Of a stretch of DNA of 35,075 nt, positions 1 through 8,403 are shown piece by piece; positions within the stretch are counted from its first letter, which is position 1, and each line of letters opens with the position of its first letter. Below the pieces are notes generated by a model. The model worked only from the letters and a program-made list of their open reading frames with translations, was not told the origin of the DNA and ran no database searches. A program made the position numbers and the translations under genes. The DNA comes from a candidate division WOR-3 bacterium (GTDB taxonomy: Bacteria > Hydrothermota > Tepidihabitantia > SM23-42 > CAYGYG01), in contig CBFGIV010000023.1 in assembly GCA_965648915.1 (NCBI GenBank), forward strand, positions 1 through 35,075. The letters run 5' to 3'.

Positions 1-46
1 TGTGCACATCAAGACCAAGATAATAATATTCAACACTTTCTGGCAT
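1..46 (-). CDS. 5' end of a gene running off the left edge (MPESVEYYYLGLDVH...); product uncertain, resembles the IS110/RNase H-fold N-terminal motif
   Basis: ATG at 46-44, GGAGG RBS at 55-51, TATAAT at 68-63 on the minus strand; frame open to the window edge. Confidence 0.6.
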   Translation of the reverse strand, partial: MPESVEYYYLGLDVH

Positions 47-112
47 AAAGCCTCCTTTACCAATTATAAAGAGAAACAAAATGATATCCAAGAGCCATTT
101 TTCATTTTATTC

Positions 113-141
113 TTGACAATTATTAAAATTTGAGATATAAT
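113..141 (+). promoter_or_regulatory. sigma70-type promoter
   Basis: Perfect TTGACA(113-118)-N17-TATAAT(136-141) upstream of AAGGAG RBS and ATG 166. Confidence 0.85.
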
Positions 142-165
142 GTATTCTATAAAAAAGGAGTGATT

Positions 166-1230
166 ATGAAGTATCTTATATCGTTAGTGGTAATCCTCGG
201 TCTATTTGCCCATGCTGAGGATGTCAACATCTATGGTGCGGCACCGGGAACACCACCGGTAACCTTCCATCCAGATTCACTCTGGGAACAGGTCAATTCC
301 TGCAATCTGCCGGGTGGGACACCGCATATGGGTATCTTCTATGACAAAGGGACACTCTGGCATGTAGTAAATACTACCAGTGCACCATTTACCGTCTACC
401 GTGTCGATACCCTGGGTAATACGATTACTCAGTTTAACCATACTGCAACTGCATACGGACTCGGTATTGCCCGGGTGGGTGATAGCCTTTTTGTCGGTTC
501 ATTCTATCCATCGCCCGAAAGGGTCTATGTTTATGATACAACCGGTCAGTATGCCCGATCTTTCCAGCTCTCCAATTCTGGGCGATGCCGGGGTGTTGAC
601 TATGACCCGAATACTGGATACTTCTGGATCTGGGGTTCACCCTCGACCAATACAATCAACATCAATATCTGCACCAGAACCGGAACGGTAATAAAGACAA
701 TAAATATCAGCGGTGGTTACTGGACCTTTGGAGGCTGTATCGACTGGAAATACTATCCCAACCGTGCATGGTATGGCGACCAGCAGGGTAATGTCCACTG
801 CTATTGCCAGATCGATACCTCTACGGGAACCGGCTCAATTCTTGCCCAGTTCCCCAATCCCGGCTCAAGCTATCCCGAAGGAACGACTTATCAGGCCGGT
901 GCCGGTCCATTGGGTTATGTCTGGGTTACTTCGGCCTATACCGCAACTGCCTGGAAGATGAAGGTTCATGATGTCTCGGTTGGTGAGGAGCAGAATCGGA
1001 ATCTCAAGAATGAAGCCTTTAAGATCTCGCCCAATCCCAGCCGTGGTAATGTTGTCACCTTCTCACTTGCCAAAAATCGTCCGGCGACAATAAATATCTA
1101 CAACTCGACCGGTGTCAAGGTTGCTACTTTGACCGGTAAAGACCGAATCGTCTGGAAGGCCGATCTGCCAGCCGGGGTCTATTTCTGCGAGATGGATGGC
1201 GCTACAAGAAATCTGGTCATCGTAAAGTAG
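166..1230 (+). CDS. Secreted beta-rich (likely beta-propeller) protein with T9SS type A-like C-terminal sorting domain
   Basis: AAGGAG RBS favours ATG166 over TTG130; signal peptide MKYLISLVVILGLFAHA; C-terminal ISPNPS...INIYNSTGVKV...GVYF pattern. Confidence 0.75.
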   Translation: MKYLISLVVILGLFAHAEDVNIYGAAPGTPPVTFHPDSLWEQVNSCNLPGGTPHMGIFYDKGTLWHVVNTTSAPFTVYRVDTLGNTITQFNHTATAYGLGIARVGDSLFVGSFYPSPERVYVYDTTGQYARSFQLSNSGRCRGVDYDPNTGYFWIWGSPSTNTININICTRTGTVIKTINISGGYWTFGGCIDWKYYPNRAWYGDQQGNVHCYCQIDTSTGTGSILAQFPNPGSSYPEGTTYQAGAGPLGYVWVTSAYTATAWKMKVHDVSVGEEQNRNLKNEAFKISPNPSRGNVVTFSLAKNRPATINIYNSTGVKVATLTGKDRIVWKADLPAGVYFCEMDGATRNLVIVK

Positions 1231-1250
1231 ATATAAGGCAGATAAACTAT

Positions 1251-1284
1251 CAGGGGACCGGCAAACGGTCCCCTGAATTTTTTT
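1251..1284. terminator. Intrinsic terminator between convergent genes
   Basis: CAGGGGACCG-GCAAA-CGGTCCCCTG perfect 10-bp stem followed by a T tract on the + strand. Confidence 0.85.
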
Positions 1285-1294
1285 GAAGTTCAGG

Positions 1295-3070
1295 TTATTT
1301 TAATAATATAATCTGTTCTGTTTTTATAAAACTCTCGGTTACAAGCCTGCAGAAATAGATACCTGGTGGACACCGCTTCCCATTATTGTCTCTCCCATCC
1401 CAGACGATCGAATAACAACCTGCTTTTTCAGTCTTCTCTAAAAGGGTTCTGATTATTCGACCACTGGCATCATATATCGAAAGTCTGGTATAGGTGGAAT
1501 AGGGTAGTTGAAATTTAATTATCGTGGATCTCCTTAATGGATTGGGGGCAGGGTCTTCGAGATTAAAATAGTAGGGCAGGGGAGGTTGATTATCATATTC
1601 AACAATGGCTACGACATTGACCATTCCCTCGTAGATACGGTAGTTGCGCCTTGTGCAGGTGATCAACATCGAACCGACAGTGGTAGGATTGATGTGGAGA
1701 GTAACACTACCACCAGCATTGGTATAACCCCGGGCGTAGACTTCAGTTCCTTTCCAGAGGCAGACCAAGACTGATTCGAGGGGTGAACCATCGACCCGGA
1801 CATAGATGGTTATATCCTGAGGTCCTACCGGGATCTGAGATTGATGGGTGACGGTCATTGTCCGTACGGGCGACCAGTTATGCATCATAACCGCGGGATC
1901 ACCAAAGAGATTAATGGAATAGGCCTGATATAAAAAACGACTGGTATCGGTCCCCGGACGGGGATAGCGGGGGATGAAATAGTCTTTGATTTCAGACACA
2001 ACCTGACCGATAAATTTCCGGGCTGATAAAGGTGGCGGAAGAGATTTAATAAAGAACTGAGCAAGAAATTGCTCGTTGACACCTATCCAGCTATAACGAC
2101 TATTCATAACGACATTTATAAATCCGCCCCGGGCAACAACCATCGTCTCCGCCAGACAGTTGTCGGCAAGATCAAATGCACCACAGTAACTGCCACCTGC
2201 CATCAGCGTATTCAGTCTATCGGTGTTTGTCTGCTGGTTGACATGGGTAGCAGTATAATTGTCAGGGATTTCCATTGAATTGACTGTGCCCCGGCTGATG
2301 ACAGCACTATAGCCATAACCGGCATTTATGGAGTCACGAAATTTTGCAGCACTTGGTGTTTCATTTCCCTGTCCACTATTGTACATCTTATCAATTTTCC
2401 AGGGTGGCACCGGTAAGGTGTCGGCAATAAGATTCAGGTAATTATCACCTCCAACACCAACCAGGAGAATTTTGGCCGAATAGAGAGAGTCTGTATTTCT
2501 TTCGTGATTGATCAGTTTGTGAACATAATTGGAAGCCTGGGTCAGATTATCGAGGGTAATCATACCGACATAAACATCAGACCAGTAGTCGATCGAATCA
2601 GCGACCTCGCCAAAGATATTATTCTTGTTTGCATCCCAGTCATAATAGGGGTCTTTTGTGCCTCGACGATGAAGGTCGGAAAAGTACATATCGCAGGGGA
2701 TTGTGTCCCGGAGCGAGCCGTAAATCGCCTGGCAGTAACGAAACTGCTCGACCGATTGATCCTGACGGGCAATGAAGACAAAGTTTACACCCCAGGTCGT
2801 ATCGGCATCGCGCAGGAAATTGCGCATCTTCTCCGCCAGATCGCGGCCCGGATAGACACTGGTGCTCTCAATGCAGAAGACGCGTGAAGGTATGCCACAC
2901 CTGGTTCGCCAGCTGGCAAGGACCTGAAAGGTATCCTTGTAAAGGGCGGGTGTCAGGATGATATGCTCATAAACTCCTGGTGGTAGGAGAGGGGAACTTA
3001 AAGAGATCGTGATTGCTAATAATTGACCGATAATTGATAATGGAATAGATATCAGTGCGCAAATTCTCAT
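1295..3070 (-). CDS. Peptidase C25 (gingipain-like) family protein with Ig-like and FlgD/T9SS-like C-terminal domain; catalytic residues appear substituted
   Basis: Motifs IPCDMYFSDL, WDANKNNIFGE, DVYVG, GAFD...CLAE, NSRYSW, NLFGDP; tail PAPNP...IYDASGRIIRTL...VWDGRDNNG...GIYF; AGGAGG RBS. Confidence 0.85.
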   Translation of the reverse strand: MRICALISIPLSIIGQLLAITISLSSPLLPPGVYEHIILTPALYKDTFQVLASWRTRCGIPSRVFCIESTSVYPGRDLAEKMRNFLRDADTTWGVNFVFIARQDQSVEQFRYCQAIYGSLRDTIPCDMYFSDLHRRGTKDPYYDWDANKNNIFGEVADSIDYWSDVYVGMITLDNLTQASNYVHKLINHERNTDSLYSAKILLVGVGGDNYLNLIADTLPVPPWKIDKMYNSGQGNETPSAAKFRDSINAGYGYSAVISRGTVNSMEIPDNYTATHVNQQTNTDRLNTLMAGGSYCGAFDLADNCLAETMVVARGGFINVVMNSRYSWIGVNEQFLAQFFIKSLPPPLSARKFIGQVVSEIKDYFIPRYPRPGTDTSRFLYQAYSINLFGDPAVMMHNWSPVRTMTVTHQSQIPVGPQDITIYVRVDGSPLESVLVCLWKGTEVYARGYTNAGGSVTLHINPTTVGSMLITCTRRNYRIYEGMVNVVAIVEYDNQPPLPYYFNLEDPAPNPLRRSTIIKFQLPYSTYTRLSIYDASGRIIRTLLEKTEKAGCYSIVWDGRDNNGKRCPPGIYFCRLVTESFIKTEQIILLK

Positions 3071-3114
3071 TACTTACCTCCTTTAATTGATCGATAGAAA
3101 CTTAGATAGTAAAT

Positions 3115-3142
3115 ATTATAACCTCCAATTAAAAATTGTCAA
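3115..3142 (-). promoter_or_regulatory. sigma70-type promoter for the C25 gene
   Basis: TTGACA(3142-3137)-N16-TATAAT(3120-3115) on the minus strand. Confidence 0.8.
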
Positions 3143-3200
3143 GAGAAATAAATTTCAGGTCGGTTGCGCACTCTTTAATAAAACCAGTGATTTTTATTTG

Positions 3201-4301
3201 TTAAGGATTGAGCAGTTCTTTTATCTTCTGGGCGATATTTAGTGCCGATTTATGCCGGGCTAAGGCAGAAAGGTTTTTTCTTAAGAGATCGCCGTATGCT
3301 TGATCTTCGAGGAGCCTCTTCATTATGCTCCGGGCATTTGCGGGATTCATTGATACCGCGGCCTGATGCGAAACGAAAAAGGCTTCATTATGGTTTTCCA
3401 GCCCGGGCAGGGAATTGGCGAGGATCATAATTGTCCCCGAAATCATCGCCTCAGTGGTCGAGATGCCGCCGGCCTTGGTTATGAGGTAGTCACAGCACCG
3501 GATATAATCGTGGATATTATTAACGATTGAAAGAGTTGAGAGATGAGCCGCGCCTTTAACTTTTTCAATCTTTTTCTGCAGCGACTTATTCGCCCCGCAT
3601 ACCGCAATGAGCTCAATATCAAAATTGATTAATTGCTGGATGATTTCAACCCATTGACCTCCGAAGATTTTGCCCCCCATTAAAAGGACAATTTTCCGGT
3701 CCAATGGTAGGTTCAGCCTTTTACGGATTGCTAATTTATCTCTCTCTTCTTCAAAATGGGGATCTATCGGTATGCCGTAAGGCAGGATCTTATCCCGTGC
3801 TACACCAAAGGCTGCGAGTTGGGGTATCAGATCATCGTGGGCAACAATGTAATAGTCAATATCTTGATTATACCAGAAGGGATGGATATGGTAATCAGTA
3901 ACGATAACGACCAGCGTAAATTTGAACATTCTTTTCAAGAGAAGTGCGCAATAGGTAGGGGAGAAGTGGGTTGAGACGATAATCTGCGGTTGATACTCTT
4001 TTATCAATCTGGGAAAATGATAGATGAGAATGCGGTGGATAAAGGGCAAAAATTCAACATTCAATCTTTTGAGAAAATTGCTCTCATAAAGTGATTTTAA
4101 GACCCGCTGATTATTACGGACCGAATATTCATAGAAGCGCCGATAGAGTTTACCATACTCTGGTAGGGTCCAGTCAAAGGCATTTACAAATTTTGTCTGG
4201 ATCTCAGGATCAAGGGTATTTAAGGCATTCTTGACTGCCTGGGCAGCAGCAATATGACCGGCGCCGATTGGCACTGCTAAGAAGAGAACCCGCCTGGACA
4301 T
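3201..4301 (-). CDS. MGDG synthase / processive diacylglycerol glucosyltransferase (UgtP-like, GT28)
   Basis: GAGHIAAA, IVSTHF, VTDYHIHPFW, GIPI, ITKAGGISTTEA, PGLENHN motifs; start set at ATG4301 (MSRRVL) because the TTG at 4340 is part of a -35 box. Confidence 0.85.
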   Translation of the reverse strand: MSRRVLFLAVPIGAGHIAAAQAVKNALNTLDPEIQTKFVNAFDWTLPEYGKLYRRFYEYSVRNNQRVLKSLYESNFLKRLNVEFLPFIHRILIYHFPRLIKEYQPQIIVSTHFSPTYCALLLKRMFKFTLVVIVTDYHIHPFWYNQDIDYYIVAHDDLIPQLAAFGVARDKILPYGIPIDPHFEEERDKLAIRKRLNLPLDRKIVLLMGGKIFGGQWVEIIQQLINFDIELIAVCGANKSLQKKIEKVKGAAHLSTLSIVNNIHDYIRCCDYLITKAGGISTTEAMISGTIMILANSLPGLENHNEAFFVSHQAAVSMNPANARSIMKRLLEDQAYGDLLRKNLSALARHKSALNIAQKIKELLNP

Positions 4302-4312
4302 AACCAAAATAA

Positions 4313-4340
4313 ATTTTAATCGAAAAATAACTTGAGTCAA
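4313..4340 (-). promoter_or_regulatory. sigma70-type promoter, very short leader
   Basis: TTGACT(4340-4335)-N16-TAAAAT(4318-4313), 11 nt before ATG4301. Confidence 0.6.
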
Positions 4341-4388
4341 CGGAAAATTACTAAATTCGGATATGAAGTTGATTCAAGGGCGATGGTG

Positions 4389-5420
4389 TCAGTAGAGGCT
4401 GAAACGCTCCTCAAGGAAGGCAGGATCAAGTTTACCTTCGGCGACAAGTCTTCTCTTGGCCTGTTCTAAATTCTGCATTCCCTGCTGTCGGCTGATCTGG
4501 ATGACCGATTCGATCTGGAAGATTTTTTCTTCACGGATGAGGTTACGCACCGCCTGATTGGCAACTAAAATTTCAAAGGCTGCAACTCGACCGGTCTTAT
4601 CTTTTTTAGGATACAGCCTCTGGGCAATAACCGCCTGGAGCGACTCTGATAATTGCAGGCGTATCTGGTCTTTCTGCCCGGATGGAAAGATATCGATAAT
4701 ACGGGTGATGGTTTTAGGTGCATCCTGTGTATGTAATGTGCCAAAGACCAGATGCCCGGTCTCAGCAGCGGTCAGAGCCAGGGCGATTGTTTCTAAATCA
4801 CGCAACTCACCGACCAGAATATAATCGGGATCTTCGCGTAAGGCACTTCTTAAGGCATTAGCAAAGGAGCGAGTGTTGGTACCGACTTCCCGCTGGTTGA
4901 CAATACAATTTTTCGATTGGTGGATAAATTCAATCGGGTCTTCAATTGTAATAATATGCCCGTATTTACTGGTGTTTATGTAGTCGATCATTGCGGCCAG
5001 GGTAGTTGATTTACCGCTCCCGGTAGGGCCAGTAACTAAGATCAAGCCATTTTCAAGGTCAATCAAATCTTTTATCACCTTGGGTAATCCAATCTCTTCC
5101 ATACTTGGTATCTGGTTGGGAATGACTCTGAAGACTGCACCCAGACCGAACCGCTGGTAAAAGACATTAACCCGAAAACGGCCGATATCTGGAAGTGATA
5201 ACGAAAAGTCAATCTCATAGTTATTCTCTAATACCGATATCTGCTCTTTATTGAGGACTTGATAGATTAGATTCTTGACTTCGGCACAATCGACAGGGTG
5301 CTCATTGATTTTTTTCATCTGACCGTAAATTCGCATCATAATCGGTGAACCGGCGCTCAGATGGAGATCGCTGGCTTTAAGGGAAACAGTATCCTTCAAT
5401 AATTTATTGATCTCTTCCAT
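4389..5420 (-). CDS. pilT: Type IV pilus retraction ATPase PilT
   Basis: ASDLHL, Walker A GPTGSGKSTT, TIEDPIE, NQREVG, ALRSALREDPD, GELRD, AAETGHLVFGTLHT, AVRNLIRE. Confidence 0.95.
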   Translation of the reverse strand: MEEINKLLKDTVSLKASDLHLSAGSPIMMRIYGQMKKINEHPVDCAEVKNLIYQVLNKEQISVLENNYEIDFSLSLPDIGRFRVNVFYQRFGLGAVFRVIPNQIPSMEEIGLPKVIKDLIDLENGLILVTGPTGSGKSTTLAAMIDYINTSKYGHIITIEDPIEFIHQSKNCIVNQREVGTNTRSFANALRSALREDPDYILVGELRDLETIALALTAAETGHLVFGTLHTQDAPKTITRIIDIFPSGQKDQIRLQLSESLQAVIAQRLYPKKDKTGRVAAFEILVANQAVRNLIREEKIFQIESVIQISRQQGMQNLEQAKRRLVAEGKLDPAFLEERFSLY

Positions 5421-6006
5421 TCTCTCTGTTCTTAAATTCCTTTATATGAATTATAATATCAGCCCTGCCCTGTTTCTTTTCGATCTTGCCGGTGTCATTT
5501 AAGATTTCAATCTCAGCCGGCTGATTGATAATCCGGATGGAAATCTGTGCTTCACCTTTCGGGCCAGACGACTTATCCCCTGATGGAATGGCAGCGAGGT
5601 TGTCAAGCATTTGAATTATTGTTTCCGGGGCAGCACCGGATACAATGATTTCTTTATCGGTAAATTGTTTCAGTTTGTTGATCAGTTTAGGGTCCGCAGG
5701 ATTGCCGATAACCATATAAATGGACTTTTCGGTTTCAAATATGGGTAAGGCCTGACATTCATATAAGATTTCTTTGGGGAATAGATTGATGAGTTGATTT
5801 GCAATCATTTCCGGCTTAAGTTCGATAAAAGGGATATCTGCCTGTTCACTCAATATCCAGAATAAATCCTTGGGTTGTAAATACCCTTTTTCGATGAGGA
5901 TCTCACCTAATTTCTTTTTTGTCTTTTTTTGACAAGCAAGGGCTTCATCAAGCTGGGCATGACTGATCAGTCCGTATTTTACCAATAATTCACCAATAAG
6001 TGCCAT
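5404..6006 (-). CDS. Stand-alone MshEN / GspE-PilB N-terminal domain protein (putative c-di-GMP receptor), no ATPase domain
   Basis: Tandem LIGELLVKYGLISHAQLDEALACQ...KLGEILIEKGYL repeats followed by a GspE-N-like subdomain; 200 aa. Confidence 0.8.
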   Translation of the reverse strand: MALIGELLVKYGLISHAQLDEALACQKKTKKKLGEILIEKGYLQPKDLFWILSEQADIPFIELKPEMIANQLINLFPKEILYECQALPIFETEKSIYMVIGNPADPKLINKLKQFTDKEIIVSGAAPETIIQMLDNLAAIPSGDKSSGPKGEAQISIRIINQPAEIEILNDTGKIEKKQGRADIIIHIKEFKNRENGRDQ

Positions 6007-6009
6007 GCC

Positions 6010-6369
6010 TTATTCTCCAATCAACTCGCTGATCTTGGCCTTAAGCAGATTGATGTCGATTGGTTTTGTCATAAATGATGCGACATTTGAGGTTTTGACA
6101 ACGATATCGTCTTCCATCAGACGATAGGACGAACAGATGATGATTGGTATCTTCTTGTTTCGTTCCCGAATTCGTTCAATCGCTTCAAGTCCGTGCGTCC
6201 CGGGCATCTTTATGTCAATAATCAAAAGGTCGAACGAACTCCGGGTAATTTTTTTTAATGCTTCACGACCATCGATCGCTTCATCGACCTCATACTTTTC
6301 TTTTAAGGCTTCACTGAGAAGAAGTCTTATTGATTCTTCATCATCACAGATCAATATTCTTTTTTTCAT
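6010..6369 (-). CDS. Single-domain response regulator (CheY-like receiver)
   Basis: ILICDDE, DLLIIDIKMPG, SS, TKP motifs; GGAGG RBS. Confidence 0.92.
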   Translation of the reverse strand: MKKRILICDDEESIRLLLSEALKEKYEVDEAIDGREALKKITRSSFDLLIIDIKMPGTHGLEAIERIRERNKKIPIIICSSYRLMEDDIVVKTSNVASFMTKPIDINLLKAKISELIGE

Positions 6370-6378
6370 AATACCTCC

Positions 6379-7944
6379 TTAATCTCGGGGCAAATATACA
6401 CGACAGGTCGTTCCTTTATTCTCTTCACTTTCAATTTCGATCTTACCATTGTGTTCTTCAACGATCTTCTTGATGATTGCGAGCCCCAGCCCGGTTCCTC
6501 TGGGCTTGGTTGTAAAGAATGGTTCAAAAAGGTGCTTTAAGTTCTCGGCAGAAATACCTTTGCCGTTATCTCTGATTGTTATAATCGAGAAGTTTTTATT
6601 GTGAGAAAAGTCTATTACCAATTTACCATTTTCATCCATTGCCTCAACGCTATTATTGATAATGTTGATAAATAATCGGCGGATTGATTCTGTCTCTCCC
6701 TTGATTACTAAATTCTTCTCACCGGTTATCGAAACGTTAATTTTCAATCCTGCTACGATGGATGTAATCATCGGCAATAGCGGTATTTGATCCTTGGCTA
6801 TCCTTTTGCTTCGTGCAAAGGTCAGGATATCATCGATAATATGATTGATGCGCTGAGCCGCCTTATTAATTTCGGAGCTGAAGAGGGCAATTTTTTTCTT
6901 GTCTTTGGCGGTAAGGAGAAGTTGGGCAAAACCAGAAATCGTGGTCAGGGGATTGCGGATTTCATGGGCGACCCAACTTGACATTTTACCAAGATAGGAG
7001 AGTCTTTCGGCCTGTTTTAATTGTTCCTGAAGTTTTCTGATGTCGGAGAGGTCCTTAAAAATAACAACACAGCCAGTAATCGCCTGTGTATTATCGGACA
7101 TCGGGGTAATATTGAAGCCGATCGGGATTTCATTATTGTTTTTGTTTCTAATTATGACTTCGTCCCGTATTATCGGCGTATTCTCCTGCATCGATTTTCT
7201 CATCTTTTCCCAGAGGGGGATGAGACCGGGCATGTCTTTTATACTTAAACCAATCATCTCTCCCGGTGTAAAACCCATAATTCGTTCCGCCTCAGGGTTT
7301 ATTGTCGTAATGATACTGTCGTTCCTTATGGCCATAATCCCACTGCTAACACTGGCGATGATTTTTTCATTATACTGTCGTAATTCTATCTCGCGTGCAG
7401 CAATTTTCTCAACCTCCTTTTTTAGTTCGATATTAAATTGTTCAAGCCTTTCTTTTTCTTTGATGACCCGACGGGTCGATTCGGCCCAGTAACTGCTGAT
7501 CAGAGAGATTATAAAAAGAAATGGTATGCGGATTAGAAAATTTGAGTCGAGTAATGAGATTTCAGGATGGGAGCGTTTCATAATCCAGCCGTAGAAGATA
7601 CTGGCAACAATTGCAATCGGCAGGCTTCCGCCGATCGTTTGACCAACCGAGGCAATGAATATTGCCAGGAAATAGATAAGATAGAAGTCAGTCTCAAAAC
7701 CTTCACTTACATAAATCCCCAGCGAAACGACCAGAATGTCATATAAAAAGATGAGGAAAGAGAAAACTGGCTTTGAAAAGATTCGCTCCGGGACAAAATA
7801 GAGTAAGAGATTTGAGACGAAGTAGACCAGGGCAATGATATAACCGGGTTTGCCAAATTTTAAGCCCTGATGAGAATAGGTCATTACCAGAATGAACGTC
7901 AGAATCAGGAAAAAACGAATTATGATTAAGTATTTCTTTTTCAA
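6379..7944 (-). CDS. Membrane PAS-domain sensor histidine kinase (PilS/NtrB-like)
   Basis: N-terminal TM bundle, PAS (INPEAERIMG), H-box AHEIRNPL, N, D/G1 DNGKGI, F FEPFFTTK, G2 GTGLGL; AGGAG RBS before TTG. Confidence 0.92.
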   Translation of the reverse strand: MKKKYLIIIRFFLILTFILVMTYSHQGLKFGKPGYIIALVYFVSNLLLYFVPERIFSKPVFSFLIFLYDILVVSLGIYVSEGFETDFYLIYFLAIFIASVGQTIGGSLPIAIVASIFYGWIMKRSHPEISLLDSNFLIRIPFLFIISLISSYWAESTRRVIKEKERLEQFNIELKKEVEKIAAREIELRQYNEKIIASVSSGIMAIRNDSIITTINPEAERIMGFTPGEMIGLSIKDMPGLIPLWEKMRKSMQENTPIIRDEVIIRNKNNNEIPIGFNITPMSDNTQAITGCVVIFKDLSDIRKLQEQLKQAERLSYLGKMSSWVAHEIRNPLTTISGFAQLLLTAKDKKKIALFSSEINKAAQRINHIIDDILTFARSKRIAKDQIPLLPMITSIVAGLKINVSITGEKNLVIKGETESIRRLFINIINNSVEAMDENGKLVIDFSHNKNFSIITIRDNGKGISAENLKHLFEPFFTTKPRGTGLGLAIIKKIVEEHNGKIEIESEENKGTTCRVYLPRD

Positions 7945-7960
7945 TGCTTATACTCCTTTT

Positions 7961-8182
7961 TCAGTCAAACTTAAACTTCTTTTTTACGAAAAGATTGATA
8001 CAGGCATCGACCACTTTGGCATCATAAAGGAGACCTCGATTTTTCTTAATCTCATTTAAGGCGACATCGATGCTCCAGGCAGGACGATAGGGACGATGTG
8101 AAGCCATTGCTTCGACCACAAGTAATAGTCGATTTGTTTGAGCCCGATTATCAAGGTCTAACCAGTTGATCCAGTCTTCCAT
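7961..8182 (-). pseudogene. C-terminal fragment of an HD-GYP c-di-GMP phosphodiesterase
   Basis: VVEAMASHRPYRPAWSIDVALNEIKKNRGLLYDAKVVDAC matches the HD-GYP tail; HD, HHE and GYP motifs absent; 73 aa. Confidence 0.75.
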
Positions 8183-8241
8183 TTTACAACAAAAATTACT
8201 TGCTTAAGGCTTAACAGTATTTAAAATAATACTATGTTCCA

Positions 8242-8269
8242 AGTCTAATCTTTTCAAATAAGATGTCAA
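8242..8269 (-). promoter_or_regulatory. sigma70-type promoter for the HK-RR-MshEN-pilT cluster
   Basis: TTGACA(8269-8264)-N16-TAGACT(8247-8242). Confidence 0.6.
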
Positions 8270-8369
8270 TAAGGTAAAGTATGTATATCGATATAAGTAG
8301 TTCTACTTAGTCGGCTGTACCCATAAGATGATTAAAGGAAGTGGATATTTTATACACCTTTGATTTACC

Positions 8370-8397
8370 TTGACCGGATTGATTAGTTGGCTAATAT
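8370..8397 (+). promoter_or_regulatory. sigma70-type promoter, probably leaderless MFS transcript
   Basis: TTGACC(8370-8375)-N16-TAATAT(8392-8397), 6 nt before GTG8404; no SD. Confidence 0.55.
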
Positions 8398-8403
8398 TAT
8401 TAA

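Noticed and set aside
130..165. Longer N-termini from the ORF track (TTG130, also TTG4340 and 21288)
   Set aside because: They overlap promoter boxes or the upstream gene; downstream ATGs fit RBS, signal peptide or domain starts better
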